From contig JABVCE010000012.1 in NCBI GenBank assembly GCA_014905635.1, positions 744,001 to 808,000 on the forward strand: 64,000 nucleotides of DNA. The letters run 5' to 3'. A program made the translations under genes and the position numbers. This stretch comes from Scenedesmus sp. PABB004. Its lineage: Eukaryota. The notes under the pieces are model-generated. The model saw nothing but the letters and a program-made list of their open reading frames with translations, did no database searches and was not told the origin of the DNA. Position 1 is the stretch's first letter; every line of letters begins with the position of its first letter. Positions 25,543 to 37,290 of the stretch are shown here, one piece after another.

Positions 25543-27182
25543 ATGGCGCACCTCGCGTGCGGCGGCCGCACCGGGGCCGCGACGCGGCTGCAGCGCACCG
25601 CCACGCGGCTGGCCCCGCTGCTGCGGAGCTCTCGGTGCCACTGCATCAGCAGTGCGGGCAGCCAGGCGGCGGCGACGGGGCAGCAGCAGCAGCAGCGGGC
25701 GGCGCCGGCGCTCGCGCGGGGCGAGGTGCACGTCTGGTGGCTGCGCAGCGACCAGCTGAGCGCGGCGCAGGTTGAGCGCTGCGGCGCGCTGCTGTCGCCG
25801 GCGGACGCCGCCCACGTCGCGGGCGCGGCGGCGGAGCCGGACGTCGCGGCGGAGCGGCTGCTGGCACGCGCGCTGCTGCGGGCGGTGCTCGCGTCGTACC
25901 TGCCGGGCGCGACGCCGCAGCAGGTGCGGCGCAGCGGGGCCCCTCGGCGCGCTCGCGCGGCCCGGGCAGCTCGCCTGACGCCGCCCGGCCGGGGCCCCGC
26001 CGCCGCCGCCCGCAGCTCGAGTTTGGGCGCGGCGCGCACGGCAAGCCCCACCTGCTGCTCCCGGCGCAGCAGCTCGGCGGCGCCGCCGCGCAGGCGGGGC
26101 TGGCGGGCAGCGGGCTGCAGTTCAACCTTGCCCACACGCGCTCGCTGCTGGGTGCGCCGCGCGCGCAGCCGCACCGCGCCGCGCGCTCGCGCCGCGCGCA
26201 CGCCCCTGACGGGCGCGCCCCGCGCCGCGCGCGGCCAGGCTGCGCCGTGTGCCTGGGCGAGCCCGTGGGCCTGGACGTGGAGCTGGTGCGCCGCGCGGCG
26301 GCGAGCCGGCCCGGCGTGCTGCGCCTCGCGCGGCGGAGGTTCAGCGCCGAAGAGGCGGCGCTGCTCGAGGGTGCGTGAAGCGGCGCGGCGCGGCGCACTC
26401 TGGCCCCGCTCCGTCTGCGCCCCGCGACGCGCGAGCCGCACCCGCCGCAGGCGTGGCGGGCGACGAGGCGCGTCGCGCGCTGTTCATGTCCCTGTGGACG
26501 CTCAAGGAGGCTGTGGTTAAGGCCAAGGGCAGCGGCATCAACGCGCCGCCGGGGCTGCGGGGCTTCAGCATACGTGAGTTCGCGGGCGGCGGGGCCGCGG
26601 GCGCGGGGGCGCGGGGCGCGGGGCGGGCAAAGGCACGGGGGCGGCGCGGGCGGCGCTCACGCACCCGCCCCCACCCCTCCCTCGCGCCGCAGGCCTCGGC
26701 GTCGACCCGGCGCGGCTGGAGCGGCTGCTCGCGGCCGCGGACGCCCCGGGGCAGCCGCGGCGCGGCGGCGGCGAGGCTGCGGGGCCGCCGCTCGGCGGCC
26801 CGCACGCGGGCGACGGCGGCGCGCAGGCGGAGCTGCAGCAGGAGCTGCAGGTGGTGCACCACGCGCCTGACCCTCACGAGTATAGCGTGCTGCTGTGCAC
26901 ACCCACGCGCGAGCACTGCGCGGCCCTGTGCGTGCAGCGGCGTGCCGACCGCGCCGACGGCGGCGACGGCCTGCTCGGCGGGCCGCCGCAGCCGGGGGCC
27001 GAGCCGGCTGCGGCGGCGACGACGACGACGGCCGCAACAACGCCGCCGGGCGGGACTGGGGCGCGCACGCGCAGCCGCGCGTGCTGGCGGCGTCGCCGGA
27101 CTGGCACGGCGGCGGGCCCGGGCGGCTGGCGCTGCGCAGCCTCGACGCTGCGCCGCTGCTGGAGAGCTGGCTCACCGGGTAA
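25543..27182 (+). CDS. Sfp-type 4'-phosphopantetheinyl transferase, probably organelle-targeted (5 exons)
   Basis: Motifs GEVHVWW, ERLLARALLRAVLASY, GAHGKP, LQFNLAHT, VGLDVE, RRRFSAEE and LWTLKEAVVKAKGSGI. Arg/Ala/Ser-rich N-terminus. Confidence 0.92.
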
Positions 27183-27332
27183 ACGCGGCCGCGCCAGTTG
27201 CAACCCCCTGCGCGCTCAACGCCCGCCTCGCGGCGAGCGAGCGCGGCCCGCCGCCCAAACTGCCAGCGCCCGCCACGCGCCGTCGCGTCGCGCCGCCGGC
27301 CTGGCCGCGGGCCCGGGGCTAAACCCTGAGCC

Positions 27333-30300
27333 CTACATCTGCTGCAGGCCCAGCAGGTTGCGCAGGTACGCCGCCTTGGCCGCGTCGCCAGCGAGGGGGA
27401 GCCACTCGTAGAAAGGAACGGTCAGCGCCTGCCGCGCCGCGGGCGCAGCAGTGAGGCGGGCGGCGCCGGCGGCGGCGGCGCGGACGCGGCGTGCGGTGTT
27501 TTCAGAGCAGCCCGCCTGCACGCGCGCGCGCGCGACGCGCGCCGCACCTGCCAGCCGCACGCCTGCAGCAGCTGGATGCGCATCACCGCCTCGCCCAGCG
27601 GCTGCTGCTGGTGGGCGCAGAACGACGCCGCGTCAAAGACCTCCACGGCGACGCGCCTGCGGCGGCGGAGGCGCCGCCGTACGCGCGCGGGGTGGTGGTC
27701 GTGCGGGCGCGGCGCGGCGCGGCGGCGGCGCCTGCGCGGCCAGCGGGGCAGCCGCGGGGCTGCCGCCGCACCTGTCGGGCAGGGCCAGGCCCAGCGCCAG
27801 CAGGCCGTCCGGGCTGAGCAGGTTGAGTGTGTGCGGCACGCCGATGGCTGCCAGGTGCCGCGCGACGTCCTGGGGGGAGGGGGGGGGGCCGGGGCGGGAG
27901 CGGGGCGGGTCGGTTCGGGTTGGGTTCGGTCGAGCAGGCGCGCCGGCAGGCGCCGCGCGGCGCCACGGGGGCCCGGCCCGGCGCCGCACCTGCGTCAGCG
28001 GCGGCGGCGGCGCCGCGACCGCCGCCTCGAGCGCCGCGCGGTGTGCCTGCCACGCGGTGAGTATGAGCTGCGGCGGGATGGTGTGCCGCGCGCCGCCGTC
28101 GGCGGCCTTGGACACCAGCAGGTACGCCTGGCGGCGGCGGCGGAGCGCGGCGGGCGAGGCGCGGCGCGCCGTCGGCCGGCCGCAGGCGGGCCGCCGGCGC
28201 TGCGGTGCGCGGGCGCACGCCCCGCGCGCCCGACTGCGCCCGGCCGCGCGCCCGAGCCCGCCGCCGCCGCGCCTGGTAAAGCTGCGCGAGCGCGGCCGGC
28301 GGCATCGCGGCCGCGGCGCCCGGCTGCGCGAGCGCGGCGACCACGGCGTTCCAGGTCTCCGGCGCGAGGTCTTTGAAGAGGCCCAGACACCACAGCGCCG
28401 TCGCGAGCGCCGCGGGCTCGGCCTCGGCCACCTGCGCGGCGGCGGCGGCGGCGCGCAGGCAGGCGCGGGGCGGGCTCGCGTGACGCGCGGCGCGGCTACA
28501 GGGGGGGGGCTCTGCGCCGCTGCACCGCGACGCCGGCCACCTGTTTGCCGCGCACCTGGGGCGCGAGCTGCTGGCGCAGCAGGGCGAGCAGGGCCTTGGG
28601 CGGCGCGTACGCCAGCTTGGCGTAGCTCTGAGTGCGGCCAGGGCAGCGGGGGAGGCGCGGCGCGGTCGGCCGCGGGTCCGCGCGCGCGGCTGCGCCGCCC
28701 CTGCTCCCCCCCCCCCCCACAAACACACCCACCTGCAGCAGCGACACGATCGCGCCCGCCGCGAGGCGCGCCGCGCCCGGCTGGCCCAGGCGGCCGCAGA
28801 TGTGCTGCGCCGCCGCGTGCAGCAGCGTGACGCCGGGGTGGAACGTCAGCCGCGCGTACACCTGTGTGCGCGCACGTGGCGGCGGCGGCAGAGTGTGTCG
28901 CACGCGCGTGGCTGCCGGCCGAGCGGCGGGGCGGGCCCCACGCCGGGCGGCGCGCGCCCCCGCGTGCCTGGAGCAGCTCCACCAGTGCCGCGACGCTGAA
29001 GCTGGCCATGCTCGCGACCGCGAGCTCCGCCGCCGCGGCGAGCAGCTGCGGCCCCGGCGCCGCGCCGAGGGCGAGCAGCGCGGCGAGCAGGCGGGAGAGC
29101 GCCTCGGGCTGCAGGCTCGTCACGCTCGCCTCGGCGTGCTGCAGCACGGCTGCGCGGCGGGCGGCGGCGCGGGCGCGGGGGCGGGTTTGGCGGGCGGGCC
29201 CACTCTCGCGCGCGTGCCGGCGCGGGGCACGCAGCGACGGCGGCCCGCACGTCATCCACGGTGCGCACACACCTGCCAGCAGCGGCTGCGGCGGCGCGTG
29301 GCCAAACTGCGCAAACGCCCACATGGCCTTGGACAGCTGCTCGCCGGGCAGCGCAGCCAGCGCGCCGGCGAGCACCTGCGGCGGCCGCGGCGGCGGCCCC
29401 GGCGGCGCCCTCGGCGGCGGCGGCGGCGGGCGGGGGCGCGCGCGCGCGGCGGCGGCCGCGGGCGCGCGCGCGGCGCGGCGCGCCGCACCGCGACGACGGC
29501 GTCGAGCAGCGGCGACGGCGGGCGGTACTCCATGCGCGCGAAGGCCCACATCAAGTCGGCGGCCTGGCCGGGGGTGAAGAGCCCCAGGTTGCGGGCGAGC
29601 GCGTCGGCGGCGGCCTCGAGCAGGCGGCTTCCGGGGACGTAGCCGAGGCTCGCCATCGCCCACAGCGCCGTCGCGAGCTGCTCGGCGGTGAAGCCCGGCA
29701 GCCGCGCCAGCGCCTGGCCCGCGAGCGCGTCCAGGAAGGGAACGTCCGGCACGAGCGCCAGCTGCGGGGGACGAGGGGCGCGCGTGCCGCGCGCGGCGCG
29801 CGGCGGCGGTGGGCGGCGCGCCGAGCCGCGGCGGCGGGGAGGGCGGGAGGAGGGGCAGCTGTGCGGAGCGCGGGCGGCGGCGCGGCCCGGGCGGCGGCGC
29901 GCCGCGGCGCACCTGCGCGAGCGCCCAGGCGACCTCCGCGAGCTGCTTGGGTCCCATGCCGCCCGCGCGGCTGCGGCAGAGGCCCAGCAGGTCCTGCAGC
30001 GGCTGCGCCTGTGCCTCGACCGCCGTGCCGGCGGCCTGCAGCTGCCCGAGGCGGTGGAGGCAGAGCGCGATGTGCTCCGTGGTCAGGCCCATGCCCCGCT
30101 CCGACGCCAGCGCGAGGACCTCGCCCGGCGCGCCGGCGGCGGCGATGCGCACTGCAAAGTCCACCGCCGGCGGCGGCGCGGGCGGCGCCTGCTGCTGCGG
30201 CGGCGGCGCGCCCGCCAGCTGCTGCTGCTGCTGCAGGAGCATGCCGAGGCCGCCGCCCTGCTGCCCCGCCGCGAGCGCGCCGCCGCCGGGCGCGTGCGGC

Positions 30301-30766
30301 TGCTGGGGGGCCAGCAGCATGCCGCCGCCCAGGCCTGCAGCGCCGCTGGCGTTGAACACGGGCTGCTGCGCCACGCCGCCGGGCGCGGCCTGCCCCAGCG
30401 CCGCCAGCTGCATCGCGCCGCCGGCCCCCGGGAACTGCGCGGCGCCCTGCGCGGCTGCCAGGGCGCTGACGAGGGCCGACAGGCCCCGGCCCCCCTGCTG
30501 CTGCGGCGGCGCCTGCTGCAACTGCGCCGGCGCCGCCGTCGCCTGCTGGCCCAGCAGGGCAGGCGGCGCCAGCACCATACCAGCCGGCGCGCCGCCCGGC
30601 GCCTGCAGCATCCCACCCGAGACCACCAACATCTGTCCACCAGGCATGCTGGTGAGCACCTGCTGCGGCCCGGCGAGCACCAGCTGCGGCTGCACCTGGC
30701 CGTGCTGCTGCGCCTGCTGCTGCTGTTGCTGCTGCGCCTGCTGCTGCTGCTGCTGCTGCTGCTGCG

Positions 30767-30801
<35 letters not shown>

Positions 30802-31519
30802 GCCTGCTGCTGCTGCTGCGGCGGCGGCGGCTGCCCTCCGCCGCGACCGCCACCCCGGTCACCGTGACCGTCGCGGCCGTTCATGGCGTCCGCGCCAGTC
30901 TCCGGCCTGCTGCGCTTGCCGAGCATGCCGTGACTGCCGCCGCTGCCAGGCGCTTTGGCGTCCGCGCCGCCCCCGCCGCCGCCGCTGTTGCGCCGGCCGC
31001 CGCCGCCCGGACTGGCTGCGCCAGACGTGCGCATCATCGGGCGCGGGCCGGCGCCAGCTGTGGGCGTGCGGAGCCCCGCCGGTGGCGCCTGCAGCCCAGC
31101 TGCGCCCTCACCAGCTGCCTGCTGCTGGCGCGGCGGCTGCGACGGCGTGCCGCAGGGCCCGCGCAGGTCGAACGTCGACGTGGCCTGGCCGCCCGCAGGC
31201 CCTGGAGCGCCCGTGCTAGCCAGCTGCACGACTTGGCCGCCGCCCGAGCCTGGCCCCGGGACCAGCTGGGCCTGCACCAGCTGCTGCGGCTGCTGCTGGT
31301 ATGGCTGGGGCTGCTGGTACTGAGGCTGCAGCTGTGGCTGCTGCGGCTGCTGCAAGTATGGCGGCTGCTGCGGCTGCGGTTGCTGCTGGTACTGAGGCTG
31401 CAGCTGAGGCTGCAGCTGAGGCTGCAGCTGAGGCTGCTGCAGCTGCTGCTGTGGCTGCTGTTGGTACTGAGGCTGCTGCTGCGCCTGCTGTTGGTAGTGG
31501 GGCTGCTGCTGCGCCTGCA

Positions 31520-31553
<34 letters not shown>

Positions 31554-32548
31554 GTACTGCTGCTGTGCCGGCACAGGCAGCATGACCACTGGCTGCTGCT
31601 GCTGGTGCTGGTGCGGCACCGGCTGCAGGATCACAGCTCCGGGCGGCGGCTGCGGCTGGAACGGCGGCGCCTGCGCCGCCGGCAGCGGCGGCGGCGCCGC
31701 CGGCCGCTCCTGCCCCTGGCGGCGCATTGGCCCTGGCATCCCCCGCTGGCCTGGCCCCAGGCCATCCAGCGCCGGCCCCCGCTGCGGCGGCCCGTCGTCG
31801 CGCCAGTCGCCGGGCGGCGGGCCGCCACGCGGCCCCGGCCCCGGTCCCATGCCAGGCCCGCCCATGCCGTGCGGCGGCTCCGGCCTGCGCTGGGGCGGCG
31901 GCGGCGGCGGCTGCTGGTAGCCGGGCGGGGGCCCGCCGTACGGGCCCGGCTGCTGGAAGCTGCCTGGCGGACGGCAGGGGCGGCGGGGCACGCAAGTCGG
32001 GCAGGAGGGTGGTCAGGGGCAGCACGCGCGAACAAGCGACGCAGCGCGCTGCACACGGGCTGGCTCGGGGCCCGGGCTGCGCGCCGTCTCACCTCCTCTC
32101 TCGTTGAAGCTCGGCGGCGGCGGCGCCATCGGCCGCGGGCCCCCGGCTCCACGCGGCGCGGCTGCCTGCGGCCCAGGCCCCTTCATTGGGTGGGGTGGCG
32201 CCAGCCCGTTGGGCCGGTTGAGCGGCCCGGGGAAGCCGCCGCCGCTCGAGGGCGGCCCGCCAGGCCCCACCGGCCGCGGCCCGCCGGGCCCCATCGGTCG
32301 CGGGGCGCCAGGCCCCACCGGTCGCGGGCCGCCGCCGGGCGCCAGGGGCCCGCCGAACGGCGGCGGGCCGCCCCGCCCCGGGCCGCCGGGCGCCGGGGGC
32401 CCCCGAACGGCGGCGGGCCGCCCCGCCCCGGGCCGCCCCGCCCGGGGCCGCCGGGCGGGCGCATGTGGGGCCCCGGCGGCATGCCGGCGTGTGGCGGCGG
32501 GCCCATGTGCCGCCCGGGGCCCGGGCCCGGCCCTCGTCGGTCGTTCAT
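27333..32548 (-). CDS. OPR-repeat/RAP-domain RNA-binding protein with long Pro/Gly- and Gln-rich N-terminus
   Basis: Helical repeats (PKQLAEVAWALAQ, FTAEQLATALWAMASLGYVP, FTPGQAADLMWAFARMEYRP, EQLSKAMWAFAQFGH) and a C-terminal RAP-like domain (VAVEVFDAASF...LLQACGWQ|ALTVPFYEW). About 13 introns. Confidence 0.85.
30703..30820 (-). repeat. (CAG)n-rich poly-Gln coding tract
   Basis: Long CTG run on the + strand. A second Gln-rich block lies at ~31280-31610. Confidence 0.9.
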
Positions 32549-33455
32549 GCGTGCGGCGCCTCTGCGGGCGAGGCGGTTGCGGCGGCGGTTCAGCAAGGCA
32601 CGCGGTGTGCGCCCGCAGGCGTGGCTGCCACTGTTGGAGCTGTGATCGCCGGCGCCGCCGCCTGCCCGCGCTGGCTGCCGCGCGCGCAGCGGCCGCCAAG
32701 CGTGGCGCCGACGGCCGCGCACACGCGGGCACGCCGCCAGCGCCGCGGCCGTCCGTCCACCTACTTGGCTGCAGGCTCGCTACGGCGCCCGTGCCGGCGC
32801 CGCGGTGGCCGACGCCGGGGCGCGCGCTGCTGCTCGCTGGCGGCGCCGGCGCTGCCCAGCAGCTGCGGCGTCCGCGATCGCCCCTCCACGCATCAGTTCA
32901 CCGAGAACGTGCCCGTCCCGGGCGCCTGGGGCGCTGCGGCGGGCTGCTGGCACGCCGCGCGGGCAGAGGCGCGGCGGCGCGCCGCCGCTGCTGACCCGCG
33001 CGGCCGCGGGCGCCGTCTGCTGCTGGCGCTGCCGGGCTGGCGCTGACCTAGAGGGGGTCTGCTGGCGGTCCCGTGCCACGCACAGCGCCTGGAGGCGCCG
33101 CGGGGAGCGTGGGCCGCGCTTGGCGCGCTCGGAGCGGCGTTCAGCGCGTGGGGGCGCGCCCAGCGCGCGCGCGCGTGACGATCGGCTAGCTCGGCACGAT
33201 CTGGTAAGCCCGCCCGCGGCGGAGGGGGGGTGGGGCAGCCAGCGCGCGCAGGGGCTCAAGGATGTGACAAAAGGCTGCCCCGCTCCCCGCCCGCACGGCG
33301 GCGGCCCCGGAGCGCCCTGCGGCATCATCCCTGCACTCCACACCGCCGGTCACGGCCGCGCCCAGCGTCGCCACAGCCCCGTGCCCCCGTGCCCCCCGCC
33401 AGCAGCAGCAGCAGCAGCAGCAGGCCCACAGCTCCCCCAGCCCGGCCCGGCGCAC

Positions 33456-34163
33456 ATGGCGGACGCGGCGCCGCTGCCGGGCAAGGCCAAGACGCCGAGC
33501 GACTTCCTGAAGTCCATCCGCGGCAAGCCGGTGATCGTGAAGCTCAACAGCGGCGTCGACTACCGCGGTGCGCGGCGGCGCGCCGCGCGGCTGCCCCGCC
33601 GCGTGCAGCTGGCAGCAGGCGGCGCGGCAGGCAGAGCAGCAGCAGCAGCATTTTCGGCGGTAGCAGCAGCACCGGCGGACCGCGGCGGCAGCGGGCGCCG
33701 CGGCGCGAGCGCCGGCCGACCGCGCCGCCGCTGCTGCCGCCGCCGCCGCTGCTGCCGCCGCAGGCATCCTGGCGTGCCTGGACGGCTACATGAACATCGC
33801 GATGGAGCAGACCGAGGCGCGGCACGGGCGCGCGGCGCACGGGCGCGGCGCAGCAGCGGCTGGCCGCCGCAGCAGCTGGCCGCCGCGCGCTCGCCGCCGC
33901 GCCGACGCCGCCCGCCGCGCCGCGGCCGCCGCCGTGCCGCTGCTCCTGCTGCGCAGGAGTACGTCAACGGGCAGCTGAAGAACAAGTACGGCGACGCCTT
34001 CATCCGCGGCAACAACGGTGCGGGCAGGGCAGCGCGGACGCGGCCGCCGCGGCCTGCGGCGCGCGGCAGCGGCGGACGCGCCCAGCCGACGCGCCCAGCA
34101 GACTCACGACGTGCCGCGCCGCGCGCCGCAGTGCTGTACATCAGCACGGTCAAGCAGGCGTGA
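33456..34163 (+). CDS. LSM6: Sm-like protein LSm6 (4 exons)
   Basis: KTPSDFLKSIRGKPVIVKLNSGVDYRG|ILACLDGYMNIAMEQTE|EYVNGQLKNKYGDAFIRGNN|VLYIS is near-canonical LSm6. Intron 2 is GC-AG (33817-33956). Confidence 0.97.
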   Translation: MADAAPLPGKAKTPSDFLKSIRGKPVIVKLNSGVDYRGARRRAARLPRRVQLAAGGAAGRAAAAAFSAVAAAPADRGGSGRRGASAGRPRRRCCRRRRCCRRRHPGVPGRLHEHRDGADRGAARARGARARRSSGWPPQQLAAARSPPRRRRPPRRGRRRAAAPAAQEYVNGQLKNKYGDAFIRGNNGAGRAARTRPPRPAARGSGGRAQPTRPADSRRAAPRAAVLYISTVKQA

Positions 34164-34320
34164 GGCGTGAGGCGCGCCGGGGCGCCGCGGCGCGGGGGCG
34201 GCAGCTGGGGGCTGCCGCGGGCGGGGTGGGGTGCGCTGCTGCGGGGGCGGCAGCGCGCGTCGGAGCGAGCAGCCGGTCGCCCTAGTGAGGCTGGGAGCGC
34301 GGGCCACCGCTCGGCGCCGG

Positions 34321-34325
34321 TGTAA
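34321..34325 (+). promoter_or_regulatory. Putative UGUAA polyadenylation signal of LSM6
   Basis: TGTAA lies ~160 nt after the stop codon. UGUAA is the established chlorophyte poly(A) signal and is rare in this GC-rich DNA. Confidence 0.55.
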
Positions 34326-34733
34326 CGCGGACGCAGGACGAGCGTTAAACAGCGCCGCCGCGCCGCAGCCGCCGTGGCCGCGCGGTGCAGCTCCCCGAGT
34401 GAGCCTCACTCGTGCGCGAGCTGGTGCGCACGGCCGGCCTCGAGCGGCGCGTGGCAGATGTGAAAAGAAGGAGCCTGCCGCCACCTGCCCAGCTGGGTTT
34501 GCCCCCGCGTGCAGTGTGCCGCCCCGTCTGCTGTGCATTGGCTGTGGTCCGTTCGTTCGTTCGTGACCACGCGACCGCTACCCCCACGTATCTACGCAAG
34601 AGGCGACGGAAACGAGGGACTACGCAAGACTCTGCACCCCCGCCGCCGCCCCGTCCACACGCCGCACCCGCGCGGCTGGTTCGTTCGCCGGCGCCGCGCT
34701 CCCGGTCCGGGCCTCGGGCACTGCCGAGGCCGC

Positions 34734-36015
34734 TCAGCGGCCGGTCGTGACGCCCATGGGCGCCATGATCGGGGGCGAGCGCAGGCCCTGGCCGTTGGCC
34801 ATCGCGCCGAGGGTGGCGGGGCCGACGGCGTAGATGTAAAACTCGTACGATGCGCCGGGCGTGTAGGAGCTGTCCGTGAACTTGGTGCTCGTCACGCGCG
34901 CCGACTTGATGCGGTCGCCCGCGCTGTGCTTGCCGGCGGGGTACTGCGGAGCAAGGGAGGGAGGGGAACGGCAGGGGTGGGGCGGTCGGCGGCCGCGCGC
35001 GGCGCGCGGCGCGCTGCGGGGCGGCGGGGTGGGCGCGGCGGTGCGGTGCGTTCATTCAACGCACCACGTCGACGACGTACTGCGCGATGCAGTTGGCGGG
35101 CGTGGTCTGCGGCGCGTTCCACTCAATGGTCATCGTCGCGGTCGCGCCCTGGGCGAGCGCGCTGCCACGGCGGATGTTGAACACGGGGCCCGGCTGGCGG
35201 CACGACGGCGCGGCGGGCGCCGGCGCGGCGGTGAAGGGCTGCGAGCGCAGGCCCGCGCCGTTGCCGCCCGCGCCGAGCGCGGCGTTGCGGCCGTAGACGT
35301 AGAACACATACTGCTTGCCTGCGCGCGCGGGCGAGCGAGCGAGGCCGTCGGCCGCAGCGGCGCGGCGCGCCGGCGGCGCTCGGGCAACCGGCGGCGCGGC
35401 GGCGCGGCGCCGCACCGGGGATGAGGCCCTTGGCGGTGTACGTGCCCTCGGTGTGCGCCGGGCTCACGCTCACGGTGGCGCTGACGATGCGGTTGGTGGA
35501 GGCGCCGGTGTTGTAGACCTCGACGGCGTACTCGGAGATGCAGGAGTTGAGGCCGCCGGTCGGGCCGTCGACGGGGCGCGGCCAGGCGACGGTGATCTCG
35601 GAGTACGAGCCGGAGTTGGCGGTGCTGCGCAGGTTGATGGACTTGATGCCGCCCACGCGGAGCTTGGGGTCGCAGATCTGCAGCTGCGCCACGGTGCCCT
35701 GCGGGGCGCGGGTCACGTGCGCGTCGCGCGTGCGGCGGCGATCTGGTGGGCGCGCGCGCAGCGGCTGGCACGGCCGCGCGCCCGGCGCTGATCCGCGCGG
35801 CGCGCGTGCGGTCGCGCCCGGCGGCGCGGTGCGGGCGAGCCGGGGGACTGAGCGGAGGGGCGGGTCATCTGCATCACCGGCACGACCACCGCCCGCGCTG
35901 CGCGTGCCGCAAGCCAGCACACGGCCCGCCGCGATCGCAGCGCCGGGGCTGGCTTCCTCACCTGGGCGAGCACCAGCGCGGCCAGGACGGCCGTGAGGGC
36001 GGTGAGGCGGGCCAT
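34734..36015 (-). CDS. Secreted protein with two fibronectin type III-like repeats (4 exons, 266 aa)
   Basis: Signal peptide MARLTALTAVLAALVLAQ. Repeat 1: ITVAWPRP...CISEYAVEVY...KGLIPG|KQYVFYVYGRN...NGAGLRS. Repeat 2: MTIEWNAP...CIAQYVVDV|Y...YTPGASYEFYIYAVG...NGQGLRS. Exons 36015-35962, 35698-35416, 35318-35065 and 34943-34734 sum to an intact frame. Confidence 0.8.
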
Positions 36016-36869
36016 TGTGCGGTCGTCCGCGTGCGGCGCTGCGGCAGCGCGGGCGGTGTGCGCTGTGGGGCTGCGGGCGGGGCGGCGTGTGGCGGGTGCG
36101 ACGGCGCGGCGGCAGGAGCCGCGACGCGGCTGGCGCGGGAGGCGGAGCTGGGCCGGCAGCACCGTCAACCCACTGGTCACCCGGCGCCGCCAGGGCCCGC
36201 GTCGAGTCCCGCAGCGCGTGCAGTCCCGCAGCTCCGCGCGGGCGGCTGCCTGCTGGCAGGCGATGCGCCGCGGGGGCCGCGTGCGCCGCAGCGGCTGCCT
36301 AATCACGGCGCGGCACTGGCCCGGCTGACGCTGCGCCCGTGCGGGCTGCCGGCAGCGCCCCGCGTGCGCGCGCTGCCGGCCCCGCGGCGCCCAGGTGTCG
36401 GGGCACGCGTGGCGGCTGGGTGCGCGGCCTGCCAGCCTGCACGCGCTGGCGTTGGGAGGCCCGGCGCGGGCTGCCGGCAGCGCCCCGCGTGCGCGCGCTG
36501 CCGGCCCCGCGGCGCCCTGGTGTCGGGGCACGCGTGGCGGCTGGGTGCGCGGCCTGCCAGCCTGCACGCGCTGGCGTTGGGAGGCCCGGCGCGGGTTGGG
36601 AGCGCGGCCGCGGGCGGCCGGGCGCCAGCCGCGCCGCCGCGCGCCGGCGCGCGGACCGGCGCGGCCGCCGCCGACCTCGGCGCCCGGCGGCGCACCGGCG
36701 CGGTCGCGGCGCGAGCGTGTGGCGTCGCGCCCCGGCGCTGAGCGCGCGCCCGGGCTGCCCCGGGTGCCGGGAGGTCCCGGCCGTCAGCGCCCGGCCGGCA
36801 GCGGGTGCCGCGCGCTGGGGCTCAGCGCCCGGGTCACGATCGCGCCCCCGAGCCGCCTCCGCGCCCCGC
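35776..36869. repeat. Copy 1 of a ~1 kb inverted duplication (partner 46008-46973)
   Basis: The reverse complement matches 46008-46973 nearly base for base, including FN3 exon 1 and its upstream region. Confidence 0.93.
36341..36595. repeat. 125-bp tandem duplication inside inverted-repeat copy 1
   Basis: Units 36341-36465 and 36466-36590 differ at one seen position (CCCAGG vs CCCTGG). Copy 2 has a single unit. Confidence 0.92.
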
Positions 36870-37290
36870 CGCGCTCTCGGCTGCTGGGGGGGCTGGGCGC
36901 CCAGCCAGCTTCACGCGCGCGCTTCCCTCGCAACGGCGGCGCCGGCGGAGATGGCGGCAGCGGCGGCGGCGGCGGCTGGCGTGGACCGCTGCAGCGGCGG
37001 CGGCGAACGGCAGGCGCGCAGGCGGCGCGCGCAGCGCGGGCGTTTGAACCACTGCGCCGCGCGACGCTCGCCCTCCTCGCGGCTGCATGAGCGCCGCCGC
37101 GCAGCAGCGCTCCCCACACAGCACTGCCGCTCCCTGGGCCCTCCCAGCAGGCCAGGCGGCCTCGCTCGCGCGTCAGCACGCCGCGCCGCTGCTGCGCGCC
37201 ACCGCCGCACGGCGGCGCGCCGTCCTGCTCGCCATGGCCTCTCGCGCCCCTGCGTGATCACGAGCCGTGCAAGGGTGGTCGCGCGGCAGC

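Noticed and set aside
25543..27182. PPTase as a marker of a PKS/NRPS biosynthetic cluster
   Set aside because: No carrier-protein, KS, A or C domains occur in the window, consistent with a housekeeping organellar PPTase.
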